From the NCBI RefSeq assembly GCF_036321535.1, contig NC_087437.1:13828001-13892000 (forward strand): DNA of 64,000 nt, read 5' to 3'. Of the stretch, positions 23,301 to 37,474 are shown piece by piece (position 1 is the stretch's first letter; each line of letters begins with the position of its first letter). Both the position numbers and the translations under genes were made by a program. The stretch is from Camelus dromedarius (taxonomy: Eukaryota). Under the pieces are notes generated by a model. That model was given only the letters and a program-made list of their open reading frames with translations. It searched no databases and had not been told where the DNA came from.

Positions 23301-24075
23301 AGGTGATGGGTTTACCTGGTGCCGAGATTTGTGAGAAGAGCTTCTAGGCAGCGGCAGTGAAGGGGAGTGTGCCTGGCACGTTTGAGGAACAAGAAGGCCT
23401 GTGTGGCCAAAAGAGAGTTAAGTGAAGGCAAGAGTGTGCAGAAAAGAAACCCAAGAGGTTAATAAGATAATGGAGAGCCCCGTGACCTGGTTATCATCAG
23501 AACTTTGGCTTTCATTCTGAGTGAGGTGAGCGTTCATTGAAGACTTTGTTTTTAGTATAGGAGTGGTGTGATTTGACTTGAAGCTTAGTGGCTGCTGTGT
23601 TGAAAGCAAGTTGTAGGGGAGAAAGGATAGAAGCTAAGAGCAAATCAGGAGCATGTTGTGCTGATCCCAGCAAATGATGATGATGGTTCAAAAACAGGGT
23701 GGTGGCTGAGAAGGGAAGAAATCATTGGTTTCTGGGTACAGTTTTTGGTAGAACCAATAGGACTTCAGAGTAGGTATAGTATGTGAGAGAAAGAGAGGTG
23801 TCAAGGGGGACTCCACGAGTATGGAGCGGAGACACTAGAAGAAGGAAGTTTCAATGAATTGAGATGGGAGAGGCTGTGGGAAGAACAGATTTGGTGGGGG
23901 AGGCGGGGGCAAGGGGACTGGGAGCTCAGTTTTGGACTTGTTGAGATTGAAATGCCTATTAGGTGTCCAAGGGAATATGTTGAGTACACAGTTGGCTATA
24001 TGAGCCTTGAATTGGGAAAGATTTAAATTTGGAAGTCATTCGTGAATAGATGGTTTTAAAATTATGAGACTGCTA
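20360..24075. mobile_element. Cluster of L2 fragments in alternating orientation (about 20360-21120 -, 21200-22470 +, 22790-24075 -)
   Basis: L2 3'-end signatures (ATTTATTGAGC.CCT..TATGT) and alternating purine- and pyrimidine-skewed bodies. Confidence 0.7.
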
Positions 24076-24986
24076 AGACCCCATGTATTCCAACCCAAAT
24101 GCAATTATCTGCCTAACCTTAGCCAATTCATCTAATCTCTCCACCTCTCATTTTTCTCATCTCTACAATAATAAGGTCAGGCTGTGTTCCATGGAGCAGC
24201 AGGGCTCTGCTACCAGGATCAGAGAGATGTTTGCTCTCCCACTGCCTAAGCTAGCAAGCAATCCCATATTTTTACAGTGAAAATCAGACGTAACATTTAG
24301 AGATGGTGCAAACTGATATTTTTGATGTATGTACTGTTGTGGACGAGGGTGTATGTATGGTGAGGGGGGTAACTTTCCAGGTGAGATAATGAACAGCATC
24401 TCATAAAAAAACAACTCCATATGTCTGCTCCATGACTGATCAGTATAAATAAAGGTACAGGATAGCAATAGTACACAATTATCCTAAAAAATGCTTGTCA
24501 TAGTCAATATGTGCTCTCTAAAAGATAATTACTGAAAATCAAATTCAAAGACTGAAAGTTGATATCCCATTTCTTTAGACCCAATTAATGATGACAGTTG
24601 AGCATTCAGAATTCCCTTTGTCCCTGACGCCATGAATAATTGACCATTGTAACTGTAGAAAAATGCACGAAGTTGATGCTAGAAGAGGACCTTAGAAATC
24701 CTTCAGCCGTCCCTTTACAGTGGAGGAGCTGAGGACCAAAGGTCAAAGGTCCGAGGTCATGCTGGAACTGGAATCTAAGTCATCCCCTGACTCTGAGTCC
24801 AGCACTCTTTTCACCACACTATGCTGATTTCATGGCTGCTTCAGAAGTGCCACTGAAACTTAAAATTAAGGCAGGAAATCAACACTGATGTGTGATCTTT
24901 ATATTTGCATAATCCATTCATTTCCTGATCTCCAAGTTTTCCCCAATCTGTTATTTGACAATAATGCTCTTCCGATCTTCCCGCAG

Positions 24987-25105
24987 TTCTAAGGATCATC
25001 CTAGCCGTTGTCTTTTGCCTGGTGTCTGGGACCCTAATGGTGCTGCTGTTTATCCTCATCCGCCACGGACCCTGCTGGCAGAGAGACTCCTATGGGAACA
25101 TCTGA
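24987..25105 (+). CDS. ACP3: ACP3 alternative last exon encoding the transmembrane segment and YxxPhi tail (TM-PAP)
   Basis: ttcccgcag| phase 1, (V)LRIILAVVFCLVSGTLMVLLFILIRHGPCWQRDSYGNI-TGA. Hydrophobic helix plus YGNI sorting motif, like the recalled human TM-PAP C-terminus. Joins in frame to the donor at 15924. Confidence 0.95.
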
Positions 25106-25576
25106 ACAGATGGCTGAGTAAGGGCAGGCACACCAGGCCAGCCTCCTGTGAGCAGCATCTCTCAGTGACGCAGCATGCAACGGACAGTTTTCACCCCGTG
25201 GGCCTCACTTCGCCTTCTGAGCCGCCTAGGGCAGGGTCCGAACTCACAGTGACCCAGGGACCGCTGCCGGACTGACTGATGAGTGCACACCCCGGCTACT
25301 TACTTAGGTCTCCTCATCGTTGAACTCACCACAGTGCAGGCTTCTCACTTGCCTGGAAGGAGGCTCTTCTGCAAAGGATAGCTGTACAGTCTGGCACAGA
25401 CTTCTTATGATAAAAATAAGCACGCAAACTCCAATCAGCCTTTTGCCTGCAAGGAGCAAAAAGTTACAAGGAGGTGACGAAGACACAGATTAAAGAAGAC
25501 TGGATAAAGGAGGAAATTAGACAAGGAGTATTATGTAAGATGATTCTTAAGAAATGGGACCCAATCAGAAGGTATA

Positions 25577-25582
25577 AATAAA
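25577..25582 (+). terminator. ACP3: Candidate poly(A) signal of the TM isoform
   Basis: First AATAAA I found after the TM stop (about 470 nt downstream), with T-rich sequence after it. Confidence 0.45.
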
Positions 25583-27988
25583 TCGTTTTTTCAGCTCTTA
25601 AGTAGGTTTAATGCAAACATGACCACTCCTGGAAAGTCCCACTCAGTGTTTGATAGCTAACAGGTGTCTGTGTGTTTCTGTCTATTCACATGCTTGTGTA
25701 CACATACCTACATGGAAAGTGCCTTAGGAAGAGGTATTTCATTCTCAGAAACTGTAAAATGAACTACTTCGGCTGCTGATAAAGTAGCTCAGGTCATTTC
25801 CCCCTCAATTTGTATAATGAGAAATAACTAGAAAATCCACATAGCCATGATTCTTTTTTGAAACCTCCACTGTTAGAGCTGGATATTTTTATAGGTTTGA
25901 TTTCCCTACTTCATTTCAAAAGTAAGAGATTTTACTTTGATAAGGACTATTCATGATCATGATGAAATAATAATGTATTTTAATTGCTACAAATAGATCT
26001 GAAATTCTCAAATGGTGAGGTTAAAAGAAAAACACCCTGAAGGATGATGGACCCACGGTTTCAACTCTGCACAGGCTTTAGACCAACAACTTGGAATAAG
26101 TTCTTTTAAATCTTAAATGTTGGTTTCATAATCTACAAATGAAGGGTCTGGACCAGATGAACATAAAAGTCACTTATAGTTCTCATGCTCCTTAAACAGA
26201 TTTTTTTCATTTCGTGCTGTGGATTGGTCACTGCCGAGGCAAGTACTTTCATCAATGGTTCCACTGTACTAAGCCTGAAAATTATTCTAAACAATTTTAT
26301 TCTGTGCTGAGCCTCCAACCATCCAGCTGGTAAGAGATTCAATCTCATTCATTGGTAGGGTTCTTCATCTCCTCAGGTACTACTGGAGGTCCCAGAATGT
26401 ACCTGATGGGACAGAAAGTGCCCCAGAACCACTCCATCTCTTAATCTCAGCAACATTTCTCCCCACTTGGATCCTACAGCGTCAACCTGTTAAACTCCAA
26501 GCATTTACCTCTATCACTCTCACTCTCTACATAATTCTCACTGAGCCAACCTGGTTATTGCAAACAAAAGCCTGAGAAGGAACCTTCTCTTAACTGGTAA
26601 TTGCTGCTTCCTGCTGCAGTACAAAAGGCAGGAAGGCAAAGAAACACAAGATCTGGCTGCATTCTCAGCGTGGGAAAAGGAAAAACAATTATAGCAGCAA
26701 GAACAAAGGACAAATTACTGTCTCCACAGAGTAGCCCGTTATATCAATAATGAAGCCCCAGTATCTTATGCTAATAAGTGATGAGACTTGAAAACAGAAG
26801 TATAAACAGAACCACGGGTTATGGATTCCCTCACTCACTCAACAAACATTGAGGAAAGAACTAATATTTTCTAATCACTGGCCCCGATGCTAAGTTGTCC
26901 ATCCCTAATGTGATTATTAAAGTGTTTGGTCCCAACAGTGACCTTATACAGGGTTGGTAGAATGTAGAAGTCAAAGCTCGCACAATCTTTTCCTCATATC
27001 ATCTTTTAATACTGTTAGTGGCTAAAAGGACCGCCACTTTCTACTGGTTCTGAGGGATTTTTCAGCATTCCCCATTTCTCTTCCTTCTACCATCTCTTTT
27101 GATGATGGTAAAGATTTCGTTGTTTCTTTCACCTTCCACAGAGCCACTCTGTTGATAAATTCTCTGATTGTCTTTCATACTTCATGGCAGAATGAAAAAG
27201 CACAAGTGACAAATAATCTTAGTGATGAAGCAGAGAATACAAAGGTACCGTAACATTTCTCAGGAAATAAGCTAATCATCCCAACTTTAACAGGAAAGTT
27301 TGTAAATTCTCTCTACTGGTAAAAAATAACTTCTTCAGATGGGTCAGAGCTCAGTTAACATGATGATGAATATTGTTTGAAAGGTAACTGCTGGGGTTGA
27401 GGTAACCTCTGCTCTGAAGTGTATTCCCCACACTTGAACTACTGTAGAGGACTCAGAACAGGATTACAATATGCAGTAATTCCCATATCCACGTAGGGAA
27501 AAAAATGTCAGATGTAGGAAAGTTCTAAAGAAGAGCTGTAGGTGGAATGTTCCCAGCTAGAATGGCATTACATAAAGAAGGTATTAAGACAGTGTGATTA
27601 TGAAAGAATAGTTTATGGTGTTAGAAGAGTACAAGCATTAGAGGCAAACATTGTACCGGAAGCCATTCAACCAACAAACCTTTCCTATATTAGAACTGGC
27701 ATTTCTTTCTCCCTGAATTCATTCATGTTCCCTACTCTTCCAACTTCCTGTCCTCTTTCTGTCCTGTTCTAATAATGTTAGCAAGTGATTCTTTCTTCAT
27801 AACCAGGTGGGGTTTCCTAGTAAGCGAAAGCCAAATTGTTAGTTTTCTCTTTCAAAACTCTATAGAAAAAAAAAAAAAAGAGAGAGAGAGAGAGAGAGAA
27901 ATAATAACATCAATTTCAATTTTAAAAAAAATCTATAGAAAATCCACTTGAACAGTAATGAGCACGTGCTGTATTTTGGTGCTTTAGA

Positions 27989-28321
27989 CCAGGGATGCCC
28001 AGTAGAAATATAATGCAAGCCACGAATGAGAGCCACATACAGGATTTTAAATTTTCTAATAGCCACATTTTAAAAATCTAAAATAAAGAATAAAACTAAT
28101 TCTAGTAATAAAAATTATTTAACTTGGTGCATCTAAAAATACCACTTCAACATATAATTAATATTTTTAAAATTACATATGAAATATTTACAGTTTTTCA
28201 TACTAAGCATTTGAAATCTGATGTGTATTTTACCCTTACGGCACATCTCATTTCAAATTAGGCACATGCCAAGTCTCAAAAGCCGTTAAGTGGCTGGTGG
28301 CTGCCACACTGGACAGCTCTG
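27989..28321. mobile_element. MER33-like hAT fossil (second copy about 49206-49478)
   Basis: CCAGTAGAAATATAATGCAAGCCAC ... GTGGCTGGTGGCTGCCACACTGGACAG. Confidence 0.8.
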
Positions 28322-29206
28322 CTTTGGACCAGTAGATGACGACTTATTGAAACAGAGAAAGTGTATTCATTGTTATAATTTGCAAAATCCACTCTCAGGT
28401 TATTGTGATAAAATGGAAGTTGGTTTATTATGTCTTCATTTTATTATTTGTGTATGTGTGCCGGATTGATAAAACATTTTTCTGAAATGTTTTATTTGTA
28501 AACCTGTCTTAACAGTAGCAGCCCAGGACTGTTCCAAAATTATCCTAAACGAAATGAACTTCTTTCTGTTATTAAATGTCTTAAGAAGGAATTTGACCAC
28601 ACTTCTAGCAAATAAGTATTGCTATGTTGCAGGGGCGGGGGTGCCTTTTCAAAGTTTTAGTTAATTTTTATTACAAATAATTTAATCTAAATCAAAACTA
28701 AATGCAGATAATAAAGAGGAGCATAAAATACAAAGTAAAAGGTCTTCCCACCCACTTCCAATCATCAGAGGCAATGTTGTCAACAATATGTGGTTTTAGT
28801 TCTCCTAGTGATTTGCGTGAATTTTATAAACTATATTTATACCTTTATTTCTGAAATGTTCACGTTTCACTGCTCTTAAAACCCATGATGTCCTCTTTCT
28901 TGCATTCTTTTTTTCCTTTTCTTGAAGTTTGTTTTTTTTCTTTAAAAAAATAAAGGGATTTATGGGCTCTACGCTTTCTGATTCTATGTCTGTATTACGC
29001 CCCTCCCACTTACCTACCATTCAGCTGGGTATAAGCCTTCAGGTTGAAAATCGTTTCCCTCAGAATCTGAATGCGTTACTCTGTTGTCTTCTGCCATACA
29101 GGGCTGCTGACGAGAAGTCTGATAATCAAGGAAATTGTGTGTGGAACTTGAATTTCCTGGATCTATGTTCCATGCCTCAGCTTTTCTCTCATATTTTCCA
29201 ACTTTT

Positions 29207-31525
29207 GGGGGTTTTTTGTTGTTTGTTTGTTTGTTTTTAATTCTTTTTTTTTAATTGAAGTGTAGTTGATTTACAATGTTAGTTTCAGGTATACGGCAAA
29301 GCAATTCAGTTATACATATAGATACATACATTTTTTTTTTCAGTTTCTGTTCCATTATGGCTCATCACAAGAAATTGAATATAGTTCCCTGTGCTATATA
29401 GTAGGTCCTTGTTGTTTACCTATTTTATACATAATAATGTATATCTGTTCATTACAAACTCCTAGTCTATCCCTCCCCCACCCCCTTTCCCCCCAGTAAT
29501 CAGTTTATTTTCTGTCTGTGATTCTATTTCTGGGTTTGTAAATAAAATTTGTATCTTTTTTGTTTTAGATTCCACATATAAGCAAGATGATATTATATTT
29601 GCCTTTCTCTGTCTGTCTTACTTCACGTAGTATGGTAATCTCTAGGTCCATCCATTTTGCTGCAAATGGCATTATTTCATTCTTTTTATGGCTAAGTAAT
29701 ATTCCATTATGTATATATACCACATCTTCTTTATCCACTCATCTGTCAATGGACGTTTAAGTTGTTTCCATGTCTTGGCTATTGTAAATAGTGCTGCTGT
29801 GAACACTGGGATGCATGGATCTTTTCAAATTAGTTTTCTCCAGGAGTGGGATTGTTGGATCATATGTTAAGTCTATTTCTAGTTTTTCAAGGAATCTCCA
29901 TCGTGTTCTCCATAGTGGCTGCATGAAATTAGATTCTCACCAACAGTGTACGAGTGTTCCTGTTTCTCTGCAACCTCTCCAGCATTCATTGTTTGTAGAG
30001 TTGTTCATGATGGCCATTCTGACTGGTATGAAGTGATACCTCATTTTAGTTTTGATCTGCATTTCTCTGATAACTAGCGAAATTGAGCATCTTTTCATGT
30101 GCCTGTTGGCCATCTGGATGTCTTCTTTGGAGAAATGACTATCTAGGTCTTCTGCCAATTTTTTGACTGGGTTGCTTTTTTTTTTTTTAATATTAAGCTG
30201 CATGAGCTGTTTTTATATTTTGGAAATTATTCCTTGTGAGTCTCATCATTTGCAAATGTTTTTCTTCCATTCAGTATGTTGTCTTTTTGTTTTGTTGATA
30301 TATCCTTAGCTGTGCAAAAGCTCTTAAGTTTAATTAGGTCCCATTTGTTTATTTTTGCTTTAATTTCCATTATGCTGGGAGCTGGTTTGAAAAAAATATT
30401 GCAGCAATTTATGTCAGACTGTTCTGCCTCTGTTTTCCTCTAGGAGTTTTATAGTATCTGGTCTTAACATTTACATCTTTAATCCATTTTGAGTTTATTT
30501 TTGTATACAGTGTTAGAGAATGTTCTAATTTCAGTCTTTTACAGGTAGCTCTCCAGTTTACCCAGCACCACTTATTGAAGAGACTGTCTTTTCTCTATTG
30601 TATATTCTTGTCTCCTTTGTTGTAGATTAATTGACCATAAGTGCATGGATTTATTTCTGGACTTTCTATCCTGTTCCATTGGCCTATGTGTCTGTTTTTG
30701 TGCCAGTACCATACTGGTTTGATTACTTTAGCTTTGTAGTATAGTCTGAAATCAGGGAGCATGATTCCCCCAGCTCTGTTCTTTTTTCCCTCAAGATTGT
30801 TTTGGCTATTCAGGGTCTTTTGAATTTTAATACAAATTTTTAAAATTTATTGTTCTAGCTCTGTGAAAAATGTCATTGGTGATTTGATAGGGATTGCATT
30901 GAATCTGTATATTGTCTTGGGTAGTATGGTCATTTTAATAATATTTACTCTTCCCATCCAAGAACATGGTGTATCTTTCCATCTGTTTGTGTCATCTTTA
31001 ATTCCTTTCATCAGTGTCTTATAGTTTCCAGAGTACAGGTCCTTTGCCTCCTTAGGTAGGTTTATTCTTTAGTATTTTATTCTTTCTGATGTGATGGTAA
31101 ATGGGATTGTTTCCTTAATTTCTTTTTCTGATATGTCATTGTTAATGTATAGAATGCAACTGATTTCTGTATATTAATTTTGTATCCTGCAACTTAACTA
31201 AATTCATTGATGAGCTTGAGTAGTTTTCTAGTACCTTCTTTAAAATTCTATCTATAGTATCATGTCATCTGCAAACAGTAACAGTTTTACTACTTATTTT
31301 CCAATTTGGATTCCTTTTACTTCATTTTCTTCTCTAATTGCTGTAGCCAGAACTTCCAAAACTATGTTGAATAAAAGTGGTGAGAGTGGGCATCCTTGTC
31401 TTGTTCCTGATCTTAGAGGAAATACTTTCAGCTTTTCACCATTAAGTATGATGCTAGCTGTGGGTTTGTCATATATGGCCTTTATTATGCTGAGGTATGT
31501 TCCTTCCATGCCCATCTTCTGGAGA
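29207..31525 (-). mobile_element. 5'-truncated L1 (3' part of ORF2 plus 3' UTR) nested in an older L1 remnant (about 28900-32700)
   Basis: RT-like translation [48 protein letters not shown]; poly(T) at the left end; TSD TCATATTTTCCAACTTTT (29189) / TCATATTTTTCCAGCTTTT (31526). Confidence 0.95.
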
Positions 31526-34500
31526 TCATATTTTTCCAGCTTTTTTATCTTATTTCTATATATTCTAGGAAATTTCATTTTCCAGAACACCAACCATCTT
31601 GGTCTTCAGAAACTATTATTTGTTCTTTATTTCCAAGAATTCTTTCTATTCATTGATTTTTCCTTTTTCATAGTGGCCACTTTTTATTTTAGGAATGCCA
31701 TCTATTCTTGAATATCTTTAAGAATGCTACTTAGAATTTTCTCAAGTTCTCCTCTGCTCTCTAAATTATCTGTGCTTCCTCTGGGCTCAGTTCTTTGAAT
31801 TTGGACCTTCTCTTTCATGTTATGGGTCTTCCTCAAATTCTTGTGAATCATAATCCATGAATGAAGAACTTCATGGATTAGTAGGAATGGCTGGTGTTGG
31901 TTTCCCTTTTAGTCATGTACATCTGTTTCTCAACAAATATTTTCAATAATTGCTTTAAAACCCTCTTTAGCTAATTGCAAATCTTGGTCCTCTCACAATC
32001 AGTCTTAACTGATTGTTTTTTCTCCTAAGTTATGTTTTCCTGTTTCTTTGTATATAGATTAATTTTGGATTGTGTCTTAAATATTGTGAATGATATTTAC
32101 AGAAGCTCTGGATTCTATTATATTCCTTCAGAAAGGTTTTGGTATTTTTTAAGCAGTCAGTTAAATTGGCTGAATTCAAGCTGCAAACTATTTGCCCTGC
32201 AATATATAACAACTCAAATCTCAGTTCAATTCTTTTAGGCTAAGTTAGGCTTCTTGGAGTCTTCCCTGTGTATAGTTAGTTCAAGATCTGGGGGTCAGCT
32301 ACAGAGTTTGGGCAGAGTTGGTACATACAGTTTGGAGTTTTCCTCTCTGGCTTTCAATTGGTGGTGGTGGTGGGGTTCTTTCTCACTTTTCAGAGGCTAT
32401 GGATGCCCCCAAATTGTGTCCTCTGGTACTTTAAGCCAATAAGATTATGGATTTTTTTCTTTCCCACACTTTAGCCATTCATCCCCACCCTCTGCCCCTG
32501 CATGGCATGGACTTCAGCCTGCTCTCAGGCTAAATGCCATAAAAAATAAAACTCATCGAGCACTTTTCTCTTTTTCCAAAGGCTGCTCCCTTCCAATATC
32601 TGCCTACTTTTGATCGCTCCCAACTACCTTTAATTAGTTGTATTTTACATTTTGCCCAGAGCGTATAGTAGTTATCTGTGGATAGAAGGTACATAACCAT
32701 CATCAGGAGTGTATGTTCTCACTTGAATGGGAACGGCTGACATGACACTTTGTAAAAGGGTGGGAGTTATAGCGTCAGGAGCCCAGTAATATTTGTGGGT
32801 AGGGAAGTGGTATGACAGCTAGGGACATATCAAAAAATAAAAAGACCCCCCCAAAAAAAAAAAATAAAATAAAATAAAAATACTTCATTCTTGCCTGGCT
32901 TGTTTCTGTGTATATATCTCCTGGGTGGAATGACCTTAACTTTTAAAAACTTTCCCTCCTTGTCTGTGTTGTAAGCCCTGAGTTACCTCAACGTTTGCTT
33001 TATGCAGAACTACCCCCAAGGCTTTATCTTGGAGGCAGTCACTCTGTGTATATGGAGAAAGAAGTCGGATAAGCAGCTGACAGGTTTGCATTTCTTTAAT
33101 TAGTTGCCCTGACAAGTACTCCATACTCCTTGATGCTCTGTGTGTTGAACAAAGCTTCAGTCATCTCTGTGGCTCCCTTGGAAAAACCTTGTTCATCTCT
33201 GGTGGATCTGACTGCAATTTTCCTGTTTTGACATCTCCATCGGTTTGATCACATCTGCTTACCTTTGAAGAATTTCTCAAAATTTCTGATTTTGCTGTCT
33301 GAATGTTATGATTTAATTCGTATTTTTAACATCTTTTCCATTATTTTAGTAAAACATTGGGAGGAAGAGAAATTAGGTACAATAATGCAACAGGTCTTTT
33401 TTTCCCCTAAACAGAAAATCCTGAGTTTGTTTTTCTACCAATTGGTTTGTAACTGTGCCTGCCAAAGTTAACAAAGGTAGTCAAGCCATTCAATGAGGGG
33501 AATAAAGCAGACGTAACACTATGTTCACAGTTTAACTTAATCTTACAAACATGTTAAGTGCCTGTTCTTAGCCTGAAATAAGGTCCCTAGTTTCTGTCGT
33601 ATTTTTGAAAGGGACTCTTAGCTGAAAAAAAGATTATTATTTGACATGGGGAGTGCAGTACTGACTTACAGACCCTGCTTGAGACATGTAAGTGCCCCTG
33701 TCCAATAACCATTGATTCTCTGTTGCTTTCTCTGGGCTCCTTTTTGGTCTCGAGGCTGGGCAACTATAAGGCTTGCAGGCCTGTGGGGTAAAGCCCAACA
33801 CTGGGCCAAACACGGAGAACAGAAGAGAATAGGGTAATGGAGTCAAACTGTGTGGATTCAAATACCAGCTGTGCCACTTATAGCCATATCATCCTGGGCA
33901 AGTTATTTAACTTCTCCATGTCTCAATTTCTTCATCTGTAAAATGAACTTATTTACAAAACAAAAACAGACTCCCAGACATAGGAAACAAACCTATGGTT
34001 ACCAAAGGGGAAGGGAGTGGAGGGGTAAATCAGAAGTTTGGGATTAGCAGATACAAACTACTATTTATAAAACAGATAAACAACAAGGTCCTATGGTACA
34101 GCACAGGGAACTATATTCCATATCTTGTAACAACCTATAATGAAAAAGATATATCACTGTACACCAGAAACTAATACAACATTGTAAACCAACTATTCTT
34201 CAATCAAAAAAAAAAAAAAAAAAAAACCTTTGGCACTTTACCATACAACTGAACAATTCCACATTCAGGTATCTCCTCAAGAAAAATAAAAAGATACCCA
34301 ACCAAACTTTTGTACATCAATGTTCGTAGCGGCATTATTCACAATCACCAAAAACTAGAAAAAATCCCAATGTCCATCAACTAAAAGGACAAATTGTGGT
34401 ACATCTATACAATGAAATACTACTGGGAAATGATCAAGCAATATAGCAGATGAGTCCCACTCTAAGATAGCCTGGAGATCTAGGATAAAACATGACCAGA

Positions 34501-37474
34501 GTCTACCAACATTAAAGGGACAAGACACTTAGATCACACTGTTGAAAAGTAAAAGAATCAACACCAGAAATGGAAATCTTTTTATAGGAAATCTTTACAG
34601 ACATTACCCGTGTGTTTATGTACTTTATTTTTGCTACATGTTTGGCATACATAATATATAATAAAATGTTACATGTGTTAAACATACTGCAAATACATAT
34701 TACAAAATAAAATAACCATAGGAATATTCTAAACAGCAAGGAAGGTTACAATGTACTACAGAATGAGGAAGAACTGTACCAAATAGAATAATAAAAAAGT
34801 CAAGAGATATTCTTGCACATTATTTGAAATGACGTATGTCCAAGGATGTTCATCCCAGCCTTGTTTGTAAAAGCAAATGATTGAAAAGAACCTAGACACC
34901 CATCAACAGGAGAGAAGTTGAATTATGATTCATCTATGCAATGGAATAATTTCCAGCCTTCACAATGAATGAGGCAACTTATATAGACCAACTTTGAAGA
35001 TATGTTGTTAATTTAAAAAATGTAAGATATTGAACTGTGAGTGTGGTTTGCCCATTTGTGTAAAAACCAACTATATGTGTGCATATATGTACATGTGTAT
35101 ATAAACACACATACCTATGTATACATATATCCAGTTTTCATGTATATGCTTATGTATGCATTTAAGATACTAAAAATTGACGAACAGCTGATGCTTTCTA
35201 GTTCTGGTTCTTGTAACATCCTAGAGTTTGTTTTTTTTTAATAAACAAAGAAAATTTTAAATGTTATCAGTTTTCTAAGGGTCATCTTTTTTAGGAACCT
35301 CAGTTTAGAGTGACTGGTACCTCAATGAAACAAATTATAAGTTCATTAGTAGTGCTAGTAGTTGCAGCAGCATTTACTGAGCTCTTGCTCTGTTCTAGGT
35401 ACTTTTTTATACATTTTAGATGTCCATGGAAATTGCCACAATAACTCTGTGAAATACGTGTTCCTTTTATTCGTTTTAATATTAGGAAACTGAGGCACAA
35501 AGAGACTGGGTAACTTGCTTAACTCTCTCTCTCTCTCTGTCTCAAGTGAACTGTGGACTATGGCTGTGTTCTTCACTCATTAAGGAGGAAGGGCAGTCAG
35601 TACCATTTTTATCTTCAAAGTTCTTGTCTGATTTCAGCAGAACCCCTGCCAGGATGAAGTCCATGATCACTCTGTTAACAAAACACTTGAAATGCCAGCC
35701 TCACCCTACTTCAGATTGCTTTAATGATCATTTGTGAGGTGAACACATGGCATACTTGTTAACATTTTAAAGAAATGTCCAAAGAGAAATACATCCTATG
35801 ATTATATGATTCTAAAATACTTAAGATAGATAAGGTTTTCTAACCTCAATACAGGTGATGTAAATGGTAATTTACCTAACTGGTAATTTTTACAACAAAA
35901 AAGTCCCTCTTCTCTTTGGATCTCATGCATTTTAGGAAAGCTATTTCCCTTTTTAAATAAGATAAATCTTAAAAACAAACAAACAAATAAACAAAAAACA
36001 ACTTCCAATTGAAGGCAAACTGCAGCAGAAATTCCTAAGAGGGGGCATGGGGACAACAAAGACAATAAGGAGCCATGGGAGAAACAGAAAAACATGGTAA
36101 AGGAAACTAAACAATGATGACTCCCACTGAATAAGCATTAAAAAAAAAAATCTGTCCAAACCAAACTGTTTAATAGACTTCTACTCTTTTTTTCCCTTCA
36201 GTTAGGGCTCACTGTTTTGTTTTGTTTTTTTACTTTTTTTTTCTTTTTCTTTTTGAGGTATGGTTGGCTTACAATGTGTCCGTTTCTGGTGTACAGCATA
36301 ATAGTTCACTCATGCATATACATACATATACTCATTTTCATATTCTTTTTCATTATAGGTTACTACAAGATATTGAATAGAGTTCCCTGTGCATAGCCCT
36401 CTACTCAATAAGGACAGAGTGGGCTCAGAACAGGCATAATTCTGAAATTATACAATACAATAATGCTGATATTGTATCCTTCTTTTATGAGAGATTATCA
36501 AAAACATTTTACCCAAATTGCAAATTGACAACCTCCTTATTCTCTAGAGCAAATCTCTTGCCCAGGGTCTTGGAGGTTTACCAGAGATGGTACAAAAGCA
36601 GAGGGAGACTTCTGTTCTTTGATTTTAAATTTAAACTCCCTGTCCTTTAGAAAACTGGCCTTATGAAATATGCAGCAAAACATAAGCAAGAAAATAATAG
36701 ACTATATCTTGAGAGGACTTTGTGACTTACTCAAGGAAGCCTTTTTCTCAGCACTGTCAGCTGTGAACTGTAAGCCAGAACACTGATTATGGTAACAGGA
36801 AGGTTACAAAGTAGGAAAAATCTTCCCTCTCTATATAGTCTGGGTTATAGAGAGAGTAATTGTCTTGAGCAGAAAACCATGTGGAATGGAGTGCGGAGAG
36901 AAGAGAATCTGGAGCAGAACAGAGTCAGAAGTGAAGAGTGCAGAAAAAGACAATTATTTATTTTATTTATTTATTTTTATGGATTTTGTTGTTCAGCCTT
37001 GACCCAGAAATGGATTATGTTCTTGGTTTTAAGACTTCCTGATGCCAGAAAAGGGTGGCAAAGGGAGAAAAACACCTCACTTTTTTGCAATTGAAATAGA
37101 AATGTCAGCAAAAGGTATTGGTTTGTTTCCTTTGTCCTTTTTATCTGCAAAGCCAGTGTGGCTATTGTTTGCTGGCCTGTCAGAAATGAAATCAAGGCTT
37201 TCACTGAACAGCCTTCTATTCTTTGGCCAAATGCTGAATCAACAGCCCAGCTTCTGCAACAGCTTGCTTTAATGATCCTAGACAGTTTCTGTTCATGTCA
37301 TGTACTGGGTCACAAAGAGGAAAGGGAGAACAGAAAGCAGCAAGGGAAAGAAGTGAAATAAGCACTCTGAAGGCTATTTGGTTTGGTATCAGATCAATTC
37401 CCCAGGGGTGGAAGGCAGGACTGCAATCATTGATGAGCTCCCTACTACACATGTTTTGTAGTTATTTCACATAT

